Assembly: GCA_949289305.1 (NCBI GenBank)
Contig: CASENB010000008.1
Location: forward strand, 87,307-151,306
Direction: 5' to 3'
DNA: 64,000 bases
From: an uncultured Spirochaetales bacterium
GTDB taxonomy: Bacteria; Spirochaetota; Spirochaetia; Sphaerochaetales; Sphaerochaetaceae
Shown here: positions 17,244-26,636 of the stretch, in pieces
How positions within the stretch are numbered: the stretch's first letter is position 1
How the letters are laid out: each line of letters begins with the position of its first letter
Made by a program: the position numbers and the translations under genes
Notes under the pieces: model-generated
Database searches by the model: none
What the model saw: the letters and a program-made list of their open reading frames with translations, nothing else
What the model was told of the DNA's origin: nothing

Positions 17244-18631
17244 CTCTTAAACATCCTCTTAAGCAGCGAAATAAATCTATTTTCCCTCTTTTGCTCAGCA
17301 ATGTCGCTCAGGCTGATTTTCTTAACGTTTTTACCGTTGATCTCTTTCTTAAGCTTATCTTCAGCACTCTCTTTCTTTGCCTGTTTCTTAGAAGAAGACG
17401 GCTTTTTATAATCCTTCTTTTTCTCTTTAGCTTCCTTCTTAGCGCTAAAGTCCTTTTCCCTTATATTCTTTCTTATCTTCTGTCCTTTGCTCTTGTCTTC
17501 CACCTCTACAAGACCGCACTCATCAGGCCAGAGTACTGGAATTTTCATATGTATGAACTCTTCTATCGCCTCAAGACCGTAGATGTATGTCTCATCTGCA
17601 AGCGTTATAGCCTTGCCGCTCTTTCCTGCCCTTGCAGTACGTCCGATACGGTGTACGTAGTTCTCATAATCTTCTGGGATATCATAATTCACTACGAGTT
17701 CTAAATCGTCTATCTGAAGCCCTCTTGCTGCGACATCAGTTGCAACCAAGATCTCAATCTTTCTGTCTTTAAACTTATCTAAAGTCTCAAGGCGCTGACT
17801 CTGACTCATATCCCCCATCAGATACTTTGCCTTATAGCCGTTCATCTTAAGGCGCATTGCAACTTCTACAGCACTATCTTTTGTGTTTGTAAAGATAATC
17901 GTACTCTCTGCTTTAAGCTTATTTAAAATTGAAAGCAGGAGTGAGAACTTTTCATCTTTTGTGACGTGGAAAAGCTCCTGGGTTATCTCCTTTACTGTGA
18001 CCTCTTCCGGCCTAACCTCTATCTCTACAGGTTCATTCATAAACGCCCAAGCAAGGTTCCTTACCTTCAGAGAGAGCGTTGCAGAGAACAGCATAGTCTG
18101 CCTATCGAGTGCCGGTCTCATAGAATTAAACATTCTCTCAATGTCCTGATAGAACCCCATGTCGAACATTCTGTCGGCCTCATCAAGAACGACGATGTCA
18201 AAATCTTTAAAGTTAAGCTTCTTGGAAATAAGGAAATCTAAAAGACGGCCTGGAGTGCCAACGGCAAGACTGAGCCCCTCTTCGACCTCTTCAAGCTGTT
18301 TCTTATAACCTACTCCGCCATAAAAACATCCGACTTTAAATCCCTCTATGTGTTTTGAAAAAGATATGGCATCCTCTTCTATCTGAATTGCAAGCTCTCG
18401 CGTAGGAGCAACAACCAACGCCTTACTCTTTTTATCTCTTAAAAAGTGTTCGAATATCGTAAGAAGGAATACAAGTGTCTTTCCAGATCCCGTTTTCGAT
18501 TGCACCATAACATCTTTACCGGCTAAAGAGATCGGCAATACCCTTTCCTGCACTTCAGTCGGCGCACTAAAGCCATGATCTGCTATGGCTTCAATAGACT
18601 CTTTTGAGAGCCATAAGTCATTAAAATCCAT
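17240..18631 (-). CDS. DEAD-box ATP-dependent RNA helicase with Lys-rich C-terminal tail
   Basis: 463 aa. Motif I SKTGSGKT, motif II VLDEAD, SAT, motif VI HRIGRTARAG, and a K-rich tail. Confidence 0.9.
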   Translation of the reverse strand: MDFNDLWLSKESIEAIADHGFSAPTEVQERVLPISLAGKDVMVQSKTGSGKTLVFLLTIFEHFLRDKKSKALVVAPTRELAIQIEEDAISFSKHIEGFKVGCFYGGVGYKKQLEEVEEGLSLAVGTPGRLLDFLISKKLNFKDFDIVVLDEADRMFDMGFYQDIERMFNSMRPALDRQTMLFSATLSLKVRNLAWAFMNEPVEIEVRPEEVTVKEITQELFHVTKDEKFSLLLSILNKLKAESTIIFTNTKDSAVEVAMRLKMNGYKAKYLMGDMSQSQRLETLDKFKDRKIEILVATDVAARGLQIDDLELVVNYDIPEDYENYVHRIGRTARAGKSGKAITLADETYIYGLEAIEEFIHMKIPVLWPDECGLVEVEDKSKGQKIRKNIREKDFSAKKEAKEKKKDYKKPSSSKKQAKKESAEDKLKKEINGKNVKKISLSDIAEQKRENRFISLLKRMFKR

Positions 18632-18692
18632 ACATATATCCCATAAATAATTATTTAAGCCAATATAGCGTAATGTAATTAAGCCTCAATGT

Positions 18693-19484
18693 CTATTCCC
18701 ATGAGGCAACATAATCTTTAAAGCGTAGGACCATCGTATTCATAACCCTTTTTACGCTCTTTCCATTGATGCTTTTTATCGGGAGGGCTTTCATACTCGT
18801 CGAAGAGATGAAAAGAGAATCGAAAGAAAACAAATCCTCGGCTTTTATCGCATCGTATACGATCTCAAGATCCATGCTTTTTGCCGCCTCTATTACCCCG
18901 ATCCTCGTTACCCCTAGAAGAACATCCTTGTCAGGGGCTGTATAGAGCTTATTGCCTTTTAAAGCATAGAAATTGCTTCTTGTTCCTTCTGTAACATATC
19001 CGTCTCTGTTAATTAAAAGAGCTTCGAATGCCCCCTTATTCTCTGCGTCCTCAAGAGCCAGATAAGACAGAAGCAGATTGCTAGTTTTATAATTTGGAAG
19101 AAAGCGCTCCCCTTTGTAGGTCGTAACATCCACCCCTTCGCTATAATAATGATCTGGATAGCTCTTTGTCTCATTATGAGTTATGAAAAGGTCGTTCTCT
19201 TTTCCAACTAATAATATCCTGAACGTCTCATTGTAAAGGCCGTCCTTCTCTTTTAACATATTCAGGTATCTCTTAATGTCATCAAAAGAGTACTTAAGCT
19301 CTATATTAATGCCACGAGCAGACTCTTTTAGTCTCTCATAGTGCTCTTCAAGATGTACGAACTCGCCGTTCTTAAGCTTTAAAGCCTCATATACAGAGTA
19401 TGCATACTGCATGCTTCTAGAAGTAACAGGAAGGGTCGCATCTTCCTCGTTTATCAATATGCCGTTTTTAATAGCACTTCTCAT
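18693..19484 (-). CDS. Class IV (fold-type IV) PLP aminotransferase family (BCAT / D-amino-acid AT / ADC lyase)
   Basis: 263 aa. VTEGTRSNFYALKGNKLYTAP matches the E-x-x-x-x-N-F...TP motif of class IV aminotransferases. Confidence 0.7.
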   Translation of the reverse strand: MRSAIKNGILINEEDATLPVTSRSMQYAYSVYEALKLKNGEFVHLEEHYERLKESARGINIELKYSFDDIKRYLNMLKEKDGLYNETFRILLVGKENDLFITHNETKSYPDHYYSEGVDVTTYKGERFLPNYKTSNLLLSYLALEDAENKGAFEALLINRDGYVTEGTRSNFYALKGNKLYTAPDKDVLLGVTRIGVIEAAKSMDLEIVYDAIKAEDLFSFDSLFISSTSMKALPIKSINGKSVKRVMNTMVLRFKDYVASWE

Positions 19485-19536
19485 AATATTTCCTCACGGC
19501 ACACTATAATACAAAGAATAAAATCCTTGCAATAAT

Positions 19537-20733
19537 TCAACCTTTTTTAAAAGAGTGCAGAACTTCATGGTATTTCGCTAAAAGTTCTTTTACTGCATCT
19601 TCTCTTGAAAAATAAAGATCTCTTTTCGCATTCTCCCCTACAAGGCTTCTCTTATCTTCATTTTCAATAATTTTTCTAATGCTCGCTGCATATGTCTCAG
19701 GATCATTTTCACTATAAAATGAATTGATGTTCTCGCATGTTCCGTCTGTGCACGTTGCTCCCCTAAGCAGAAGGGAAGGGACAGAAAAGCATGCGGCTTC
19801 AATCTTCACAAGAGAGAACGTATCATAAAGGGAAGGGAAAGTTAAAAGATCAGATGCAGCATAAATTTTCTTAAGTACATCTCTATCATCAATGCGACCA
19901 GTGAAGATAACATCCTTTTCCAAGTCGTACTCTTTTGCTTTCTCTTTATACTTTATCTCATCAGGACCTTTGCCAACTGCCACAAGTTTTAAAGCACTCA
20001 TCGCCTTGTCATTTTTAAGAAGCTTTAAAGACTGCATAACAAGAGGGAAATTCTTCTCATCTCTAAGCTGTCCTACGAATAGGAGAACCTTATCAGCATC
20101 ATTCAGCCCTAAAATGGAACGCCCTTCTCTTTTTAAAGAAATAAGTTCTTCTTGTGATGGCACATTGAATTCTGTGAAATTATTCAATACTTCAATCTTT
20201 CCTTTATAGCCATAGCTTCTTAAAACATCTGCACTCATTTTATTAACTGCAAAGACATAATCGGACAGGTTAAAACTTCTAACAACATATTTTAAAACAA
20301 GGTTCGTAATAAAATCGCTTTTTGCAACCCTTTTTATATCATCTCTGTATTTTGAGTGGAACGTCATTACACACGGTATTTTCTTCTTTCTTGCAGTTTT
20401 TATCGCATAACGGCCAAGCATGAACGGAGAGTGTGCGTGTACGATGTCAAAAGGTATTTCATTAACCTTTTCCTTCACCTCTTTTTTTATTTTCGTATAA
20501 CCATATGGTGAAATTATCTTTATCACATGCATTATACTTCTTAGGACTTTATCATCCTTATGTTGTTCGTCGTAAGCGATAGCCTCCTTTTCGCCAGAAA
20601 CAACGGCATATACATCCTCACCTAATGCTCTTAGGCCTTCAACATAACCATATACGATAGTAGAAACTCCATCTTTTAATGGAGGATAAGACTCACTGAA
20701 TTCACCAATAACCATAGAAAGATAGTAGAACAA
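19537..20733 (-). CDS. Glycosyltransferase family 4 (GT-B fold)
   Basis: 398 aa. C-terminal E-x7-E-like region DTFSLVKIEAACFSVPSLLL. Confidence 0.75.
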   Translation of the reverse strand: MFYYLSMVIGEFSESYPPLKDGVSTIVYGYVEGLRALGEDVYAVVSGEKEAIAYDEQHKDDKVLRSIMHVIKIISPYGYTKIKKEVKEKVNEIPFDIVHAHSPFMLGRYAIKTARKKKIPCVMTFHSKYRDDIKRVAKSDFITNLVLKYVVRSFNLSDYVFAVNKMSADVLRSYGYKGKIEVLNNFTEFNVPSQEELISLKREGRSILGLNDADKVLLFVGQLRDEKNFPLVMQSLKLLKNDKAMSALKLVAVGKGPDEIKYKEKAKEYDLEKDVIFTGRIDDRDVLKKIYAASDLLTFPSLYDTFSLVKIEAACFSVPSLLLRGATCTDGTCENINSFYSENDPETYAASIRKIIENEDKRSLVGENAKRDLYFSREDAVKELLAKYHEVLHSFKKG

Positions 20734-20790
20734 TCAGATTTTAAGGAAAAGAGATTTTTTATTTTTCCCCTATTCATGTAAAATAGTGTT

Positions 20791-21924
20791 ATGAAAACGG
20801 CTTTTGTTTATATCGATGCGGGCAAAGGACACTACATTCCTGCTAAGGCACTATCGGATGCATATTTAGATCTGAATATGGGAGAGTCGCGCTTAGTAAA
20901 TCTATTTGACATCTACGCTTCAAAAAAGCAGAAGATATTCATAGAAGACGGATGGAGAATGGCGCTTAAGTTTCCACGTCTTGAGAGATTTCTTTTTCCT
21001 CTTATAGACAACAGCCTGAACCGCTTCATGCTTGAAAAAGTACTCGATAATAAAAAGCACATGAAGCATTTCAGAGAATTCGTTGAAAAAGAACAAATAG
21101 ATCTCTTTATCTCAACGAATTTCATTACAGGACTCTCTCTTGCATTTGCAATCGAGAAGATAGGAAAAAACATACCTGTATTCCAATATGCTGCAGATGC
21201 CGTCTCTACGCAGAGAATCGGAGTGACAAACAAACTAAAAATGATGTACCTAGCATCCCCTGTAGGAACAGCAGAGGCGATAAAACGCGGCATGGAAAAG
21301 GATAAAGTAAAACTCTGTCCATTTCCGCTTCAATACAAAATGGAGAATGCGGTAAAGCGAAGTAAAAAAGAGGAAAGAATAGACCTAGGACTTGATGAAG
21401 ATGGCTTTATAATAGCGTTTTCACTAGGAGGAGAGGGAATAACGCGATTAAGCGTCTTAAAAGAGGTCGATAAAAAAGGACTCGATGTAACTTTCATCCT
21501 CTTAGGCCGTATGAGAAAAAAGACGGAAAAAGAACTGAAGCAGATTTTAAAAGAGACGAAACATATTAAGGTCATAACACCAGGCTTCGTAGATAACATA
21601 CATCAGTACTTCCTATCTTCAGATATCACAATGGGAAAGGCTGGCGCAAACAGCGTTATGGAATCCATATATCTAAAGCGCTATACGATAATCTCAGATC
21701 AGCTCTATCCTTTTGAGAACATAAAGCCCACCCTAGAGAATAACAAGATCGGATGCGTTGAGAATAATGCAAAGAAGCAGGCTGATATTATAGAATATTT
21801 CTATTTCAATAGAGAAGAACTGGATAAAGGAAACTACAGCGGCCTTGGAATCACATTCAGCGCTAAAGATTGCATATCGCTCATGATTGAGGACTATCGT
21901 AAAATGACTCTTGCAAAGAATTGA
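20791..21924 (+). CDS. Diacylglycerol glycosyltransferase, MGDG-synthase/UgtP-like (GT28)
   Basis: 377 aa. N-terminal GKGHYIPAKAL and C-terminal ITMGKAGANSVMES resemble the MGDG_synth plus Glyco_tran_28_C architecture. Confidence 0.6.
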   Translation: MKTAFVYIDAGKGHYIPAKALSDAYLDLNMGESRLVNLFDIYASKKQKIFIEDGWRMALKFPRLERFLFPLIDNSLNRFMLEKVLDNKKHMKHFREFVEKEQIDLFISTNFITGLSLAFAIEKIGKNIPVFQYAADAVSTQRIGVTNKLKMMYLASPVGTAEAIKRGMEKDKVKLCPFPLQYKMENAVKRSKKEERIDLGLDEDGFIIAFSLGGEGITRLSVLKEVDKKGLDVTFILLGRMRKKTEKELKQILKETKHIKVITPGFVDNIHQYFLSSDITMGKAGANSVMESIYLKRYTIISDQLYPFENIKPTLENNKIGCVENNAKKQADIIEYFYFNREELDKGNYSGLGITFSAKDCISLMIEDYRKMTLAKN

Positions 21925-21948
21925 ATTTTTCTCTATAAAACTTGACTT

Positions 21949-22623
21949 ATGAACAAGGTACCGGAAAACCCTTTAAAAAACCGGAAGGGAGAATTCAGCC
22001 CCCTAACAGTAATTTCTGCCCTTCTGGTAATGCTTTATATCACATCGAATGTCATGGCGGTCAAAGTCATAAGCATCGCAGGACTCTCACTATTTGACGC
22101 AGGAACGATAACCTTTCCATTTGCATACATGCTTGGAGATGTACTAGCCGAAATCTGGGGGTATAAGACGGCGAAAAAAGTCATTATACTCACGTTCTTC
22201 TGCAATCTGTGTTTCATAATCTTTACTAGCATCGGAATAGTCTTACCCTACCCAGATTATATGCAAGAGACGCAGGATGCCTATGCATATATCTTCACAT
22301 ACGTTCCACGCATCGTATTTTCATCCCTAGTTGCGTTCTTATCAGGGGAAATAGTGAACGCAAAAGTCCTTGTGAAGATAAAAGAGAGGCAGAAAGACGG
22401 GAAAAAACTATTTATAAGGACGATTGCATCGTCCCTCGTCGCATATCTTTTCGACACGGTTCTTTTTGTCCTTCTTGCCTTTGCAGGAACTGTTCCAGCA
22501 TCTGCACTTCTTTCTATGATAGCCGTTCAATATGTGGCAAAAGCGATTATAGAGGCCCTTTTAGGAACTCCTTTGGCATATCTTCTAATCAACTTTTTAA
22601 AGAGGCATTATGATACGTTATAG
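21949..22623 (+). CDS. yhhQ: Queuosine-precursor transporter, YhhQ/VUT (DUF165) family
   Basis: 224 aa, about 6 TM helices. ITFPFAYMLGDVLAEIWGYK is the hallmark YhhQ motif. Confidence 0.8.
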   Translation: MNKVPENPLKNRKGEFSPLTVISALLVMLYITSNVMAVKVISIAGLSLFDAGTITFPFAYMLGDVLAEIWGYKTAKKVIILTFFCNLCFIIFTSIGIVLPYPDYMQETQDAYAYIFTYVPRIVFSSLVAFLSGEIVNAKVLVKIKERQKDGKKLFIRTIASSLVAYLFDTVLFVLLAFAGTVPASALLSMIAVQYVAKAIIEALLGTPLAYLLINFLKRHYDTL

Positions 22624-23293
22624 CTTAATAAATAGTGGAATGAAGAGGGAGTTCATTCTTCTTCAGGGCAAAGGGTGCAAATGGAAAAAATGCACTTTCT
22701 GTGATTATTACGAGGACTACTCAGACGATCCATATGTTGTAAATGAGGAAGTCTTAAATAAAGTAACTGGAGTTTATAAAACACTTGATATTATAAACTC
22801 AGGATCGTGTTTTGAATTCGATGGTAAAACGATAAGCAAGATCCAAGATGTCATAAAAGAGAAAAACATAGAGACCCTCTGGTTCGAGTGCCACTATATG
22901 TATAAAGATCGCCTCAACGGATTCAGATCTCTTTTCCCAAATACCACTGTAAAATTCAGATGCGGTGTTGAGACGTTCAATGCCGAAGTCAGAGCATCAT
23001 GGAATAAGGGAATAGGAAAAGACGTTAAGCCTGAAGAGATTGCAAAATATTTTAACGGCATCTGCCTTCTAACAGGAATCAAAGGACAGAGCATAGAAGA
23101 CTTAAAAAATGATATTGATATAGCTGAAAAGTATTTTGAATACTACTCATTGAACCTGTTTTGCAAAAATTCAACAGATACGGTAATAGATGAAGAACTT
23201 GCCTCTTATGTAAGAGAAAACGCAAAAAATCTTATAAAAGGAAGGGCGATTGCAGAACTTCTTATTGAAAACACGGATTTAGGAGTTGGTTAG
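22610..23293 (+). CDS. Small radical-SAM-like Fe-S protein (possible queuine lyase-like enzyme)
   Basis: 227 aa. Cys cluster GCKWKKCTFCDYY (Cx4Cx2C followed by an aromatic residue) near the N-terminus, with a TIM-barrel-like remainder. Overlaps the yhhQ 3' end by 14 nt. Confidence 0.5.
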   Translation: MIRYSLINSGMKREFILLQGKGCKWKKCTFCDYYEDYSDDPYVVNEEVLNKVTGVYKTLDIINSGSCFEFDGKTISKIQDVIKEKNIETLWFECHYMYKDRLNGFRSLFPNTTVKFRCGVETFNAEVRASWNKGIGKDVKPEEIAKYFNGICLLTGIKGQSIEDLKNDIDIAEKYFEYYSLNLFCKNSTDTVIDEELASYVRENAKNLIKGRAIAELLIENTDLGVG

Positions 23294-23374
23294 AAATTGA
23301 CAGATAACTCTTAATAATGCTAACTTTACTAAAGCTGTTTTTCAGCAAAATATGTTATAAAAAAGGAAATAGAA

Positions 23375-24871
23375 ATGAGTTCAGATGAAAACAAGAGCTT
23401 AAGTTTCGATAAACCTAAAAAAAACAAGAACAGAAAATCTATTGGATGGATTATCGGAGTAGTAGTTCTCATCCTAATTTCAATCACTTTCATTCTCCCT
23501 ACTACATTCTTAGCAGGAAATAACGATATCGTATTCGGTTCTATCAGGGGTAAGGACATCTCTTACACAAACCAGTACTTCCAGACCCAGGCTTCTTTTG
23601 CTCAGGCACAGCTTGGAAGTAATGCGAACTCCTTACAGGGAATGTATCAGGTATTCAATCAGGCATTCTTATCTACTGCCGCTACTATCGCTCTTAACGA
23701 TATGGCAGATGAAGTTGGAATCGCAGTTACAGACAATTATGTAGACAGAGCAATTGTAAACTCAGGCTTCTATAACAATGCTGATGGTGTTTTTGACGCA
23801 GAGCTATACAACAATGCAGACAGGTATCAGAGAGATACTTTCCGTGCTTTTGCTGAAGAATCTGTAGCTTCCGGCATGGTAACAAGAGACATCATGAGCG
23901 CCCACTCATCTAATGACGAGGTAGCTTTGATTCAGGATCTCGGATCAAGAGGAAGAACATTCGACTACGTAACAGTATCAAGCGCTATTTATCCAAGGGA
24001 GAGCGTAATCTCTTATGCATTAGAACATCAGGACAACTTCTTAAAAGTTGGACTTAACTCAGCCTCTTATGCAACAGAGGAAGAGGCAAATACAGCCCTT
24101 TCTGCAATTAACGACGGAAGCAGCACACTCTTAGAGCAGGCAGAAACAACAACATCTACAACAGACGGAGAGATCGGAGGCCAGTATGTTTTCGCTCTTC
24201 AGGGTAATTTAGTCACGCCAGAAGATATCGAAAGCTTTAAGAATGCCGCAGTAGGCGACATTATTGGTCCTGTTCAGACAGTCGATGGTTACACGATTTA
24301 CGAAGTAACAAGCGCTCCAGTTCTTGATGAGAACGCAACAGAGGAAGAACTTAATGCCGCAAGATCATATATCGCAACAGCAGAGCCTGAGATGATGAGC
24401 ACATTCTTAGACGAGAAGACTGCGGAGTTTGAAGCTAGAATTTCTAATGGCGAAGATTTCTTCACTGTAGCAGAGGATATGGGACTTAGCGTAACAACAG
24501 TAGCATCTACTACTGCAAACCCGAATTCATTCCCGCTATTTTCAACATTCCAGATGACAGATCCTGCACAAAACTTATTTACTGCAACATACTTCAATGC
24601 AAACTACATCAATGATCTCTACCAGGGCACAGAGGGAGACGTACTTGCAGCCGAGAATCTTGCAAACGGCAACAGGCTGATTACAAGAATCGGAGAAGAT
24701 ACAGTAAATAATTCCAGTTCCACTTATGTTGAGACTATGTACGGCTATTTAAAGCCTCAGATGGCAACAGTCGATCTTCAGACAGCGATTTTCAATGATC
24801 CTACATTTGAAGACAACTTCGCATCCACATTCTTCTCAAGGATGCTACAGACGCCAACGGCTTCAAATTAA
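23375..24871 (+). CDS. Membrane-anchored periplasmic chaperone, PpiD/SurA-N-like with a parvulin-like segment
   Basis: 498 aa. N-terminal TM helix (IGWIIGVVVLILISITFIL), then a SurA-N-like start (VFGSIRGKDISYTNQYF) and a parvulin-like GDIIGPVQTVDGYTIYEV. Confidence 0.5.
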   Translation: MSSDENKSLSFDKPKKNKNRKSIGWIIGVVVLILISITFILPTTFLAGNNDIVFGSIRGKDISYTNQYFQTQASFAQAQLGSNANSLQGMYQVFNQAFLSTAATIALNDMADEVGIAVTDNYVDRAIVNSGFYNNADGVFDAELYNNADRYQRDTFRAFAEESVASGMVTRDIMSAHSSNDEVALIQDLGSRGRTFDYVTVSSAIYPRESVISYALEHQDNFLKVGLNSASYATEEEANTALSAINDGSSTLLEQAETTTSTTDGEIGGQYVFALQGNLVTPEDIESFKNAAVGDIIGPVQTVDGYTIYEVTSAPVLDENATEEELNAARSYIATAEPEMMSTFLDEKTAEFEARISNGEDFFTVAEDMGLSVTTVASTTANPNSFPLFSTFQMTDPAQNLFTATYFNANYINDLYQGTEGDVLAAENLANGNRLITRIGEDTVNNSSSTYVETMYGYLKPQMATVDLQTAIFNDPTFEDNFASTFFSRMLQTPTASN

Positions 24872-24906
24872 CCTTTGATATACTCAACTTAAGAAATACA
24901 TCCACC

Positions 24907-24938
24907 GGGGAGGTTTAAATGCCTCCCCTCTTTTTTTA
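24907..24938 (+). terminator. Rho-independent terminator of the PpiD-like gene
   Basis: GGGGAGG (24907..24913), loop TTTAAATG, CCTCCCC (24922..24928), then TCTTTTTTT. Confidence 0.8.
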
Positions 24939-24948
24939 TAATGAGGCC

Positions 24949-25908
24949 ATGGAAAAAGAGATTAAAGAAAAATCATATTATCAGAACAAACCATTCTTTG
25001 ATTACAGCAGGCCTAAAGGGAAAAAGAACGAATTAAAGATAAAAGAATGGGATTACTACGAGATAGTCAGCGATGATGACACTTTTGTAATAAACATCAC
25101 TTTTTCGCGCTTAGGGCTTTCTACTCTCGTCTCTTTATCCTATGTAGACAGAATAAACAATAAAAGCTCCATCGCTAAAGCTTTTAAAGTAATTGCGAAA
25201 AATAGAACCCTATTAGCTGAAAACTCAGAGCAGGAATATTATGCTACATTCGCAAATGAAGATTTAACGGTAAGCGTCGTAAAGAAAGGGATAAAAGCAC
25301 AGATAATCGCAAACGCACCTGCTCTGCCCTTACAAGACGGGAAGAAAGGAATACTTCTTGATATTGTGATCTATGACGAAGCAGAAGAAAGCATTAACAC
25401 ATATAAGTCGGACGAAGAAGGTAAAAAAGTATTCTTCAATGAAAAAAGAGGCCCTCTAAAATGCGAAGGAACGATAAGAAGAGATCTTGAGATAAAACCT
25501 TTAAAAGGCTGTGCATTGATCAACAGATTAAGAGGCCTTTTCTTCAGGGAGTCTGTAAGACTATGGGGCGCCATTGTCGATGAAGATTATATGTTATGCC
25601 TTTCAAAAGACGATGAGAATGCGAATGCCATAGTACACGGCGGCAAAGCCTTTAAATTGGAAAACGTAAATTTTACTGTTCCACAGATAAAAGAGAAAGA
25701 GGAATGGATCATAAAAGACCAAGCAGGAAGGCTCTCGCTAACCTTCTCTCCCCTTCTTCAGAACAACAGTGACGGAAGAAGCAGACTTATAAGTTACAGA
25801 AAAAACCAGATATTCGGCCTGTTCAACGGGTATGTGAAAATAGAAGAAAAAGAAATTGAGATAAAAAACAAGTTCGCATTTCTTGAAGAGTCTAAAATTC
25901 GGTGGTAA
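24949..25908 (+). CDS. Hypothetical protein (possibly DUF2804-like)
   Basis: ORF. Start moved from 24919 to the ATG at 24949 (MEKEIKEK..., GAGG 3 nt upstream) because the track start lies inside the upstream terminator hairpin. The DUF2804 assignment rests only on size and a KEWDYYE segment. Confidence 0.35.
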   Translation: MEKEIKEKSYYQNKPFFDYSRPKGKKNELKIKEWDYYEIVSDDDTFVINITFSRLGLSTLVSLSYVDRINNKSSIAKAFKVIAKNRTLLAENSEQEYYATFANEDLTVSVVKKGIKAQIIANAPALPLQDGKKGILLDIVIYDEAEESINTYKSDEEGKKVFFNEKRGPLKCEGTIRRDLEIKPLKGCALINRLRGLFFRESVRLWGAIVDEDYMLCLSKDDENANAIVHGGKAFKLENVNFTVPQIKEKEEWIIKDQAGRLSLTFSPLLQNNSDGRSRLISYRKNQIFGLFNGYVKIEEKEIEIKNKFAFLEESKIRW

Positions 25909-25933
25909 TTTATTTCCATCTTAGGAGGACTTT

Positions 25934-26488
25934 ATGATAACAAGAGATCAAGCTGAAACGCTTTTTAAAAAGTACAACGACAGCGTCAGCCTATACCATC
26001 ATGCACTCTCTGTTGAGGCTGTGATGAGGGAGTTCGCAAAAAAATACGGCGAGGACGAAGAATATTGGGGCATAGTCGGCTTTCTTCACGACATAGACTG
26101 GCAGATGTTCCCTGAAGAGCATTGTAAAAAAGCTCCGGAACTTTTAAAAGAGATAGATACCCCAGATGACATGATTCACGCAATCTGCTCCCACGGCTAC
26201 GGCCTTGTAACAGATGTAAAGCCAGAGAGACAGATGGAGAAGATTCTATATACTGTAGATGAGCTAACAGGACTTGTAAACGCTACAGCCCTTATGAGGC
26301 CGACAAAGATAGAAGGGATGGAAGTAAAGAGCGTGAAGAAGAAATGGAAGGACAAGAGATTTGCCGCAGGAGTTAACAGAGAGGTTATAGAAAAAGGCTC
26401 TGAGATGTGCGGTTTAGACATGAACGAACTTATAGAGACTACAATAAAGGCGATGGAAAAAATCGCTGATAAGATCGACTTAAAATAA
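25934..26488 (+). CDS. HD-domain (HDIG-type) phosphohydrolase
   Basis: 184 aa. H...HD metal motif (LYHHALSVEAV...GFLHDID). Strong RBS TAGGAGGA upstream. Confidence 0.8.
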   Translation: MITRDQAETLFKKYNDSVSLYHHALSVEAVMREFAKKYGEDEEYWGIVGFLHDIDWQMFPEEHCKKAPELLKEIDTPDDMIHAICSHGYGLVTDVKPERQMEKILYTVDELTGLVNATALMRPTKIEGMEVKSVKKKWKDKRFAAGVNREVIEKGSEMCGLDMNELIETTIKAMEKIADKIDLK

Positions 26489-26544
26489 TATAGTTTTCCT
26501 AATTTGTTTTATAGGAAATAATAATCATTTAGAAAACCAAAGAA

Positions 26545-26596
26545 GTTTGTATATAAACCAATAATTTTGTATACAAACTTCAAATTTGTATAAAAT
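26545..26596. promoter_or_regulatory. Three phased TTTGTATA operator-like repeats, including a perfect 12-bp palindrome TTTGTATACAAA
   Basis: TTTGTATA begins at 26546, 26566 and 26585, about two helical turns apart. TTTGTATACAAA at 26566..26577 is a perfect palindrome of the GT-N-AC type used by GntR/FadR regulators. GTTTGTATATAAAC at 26545..26558 is a near-palindrome. All lie directly upstream of the GntR-kduI-kduD operon. Confidence 0.6.
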
Positions 26597-26636
26597 TTTT
26601 CTTTACAACTCTTACTTTTCAGTTTATTCTATATCT

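Noticed and set aside
17186-17704. 172-aa plus-strand ORF spanning the junction of the DEAD-box helicase and the ABC exporter.
   Set aside because: It is the antisense reading of the Lys-rich helicase tail (AAG/AAA repeats read as Phe/Leu). The product is Leu/Phe low-complexity with no start context.
24919-24948. N-terminal extension (MPPLFFYNEA) of the ORF-track call 24919..25908.
   Set aside because: The extension is encoded by the 3' arm and T-tract of the upstream intrinsic terminator (24907..24938). The ATG at 24949 has a GAGG upstream.
26503-26527. TTTCCTA...TAGGAAA hairpin followed by TAATAAT. A similar TAGGAATAATAAT occurs in the AT-rich spacer downstream of adhE (56202..56366).
   Set aside because: The similarity is short and AT-rich, so it is compatible with chance. 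There is no T-tract for termination and no third copy was seen.
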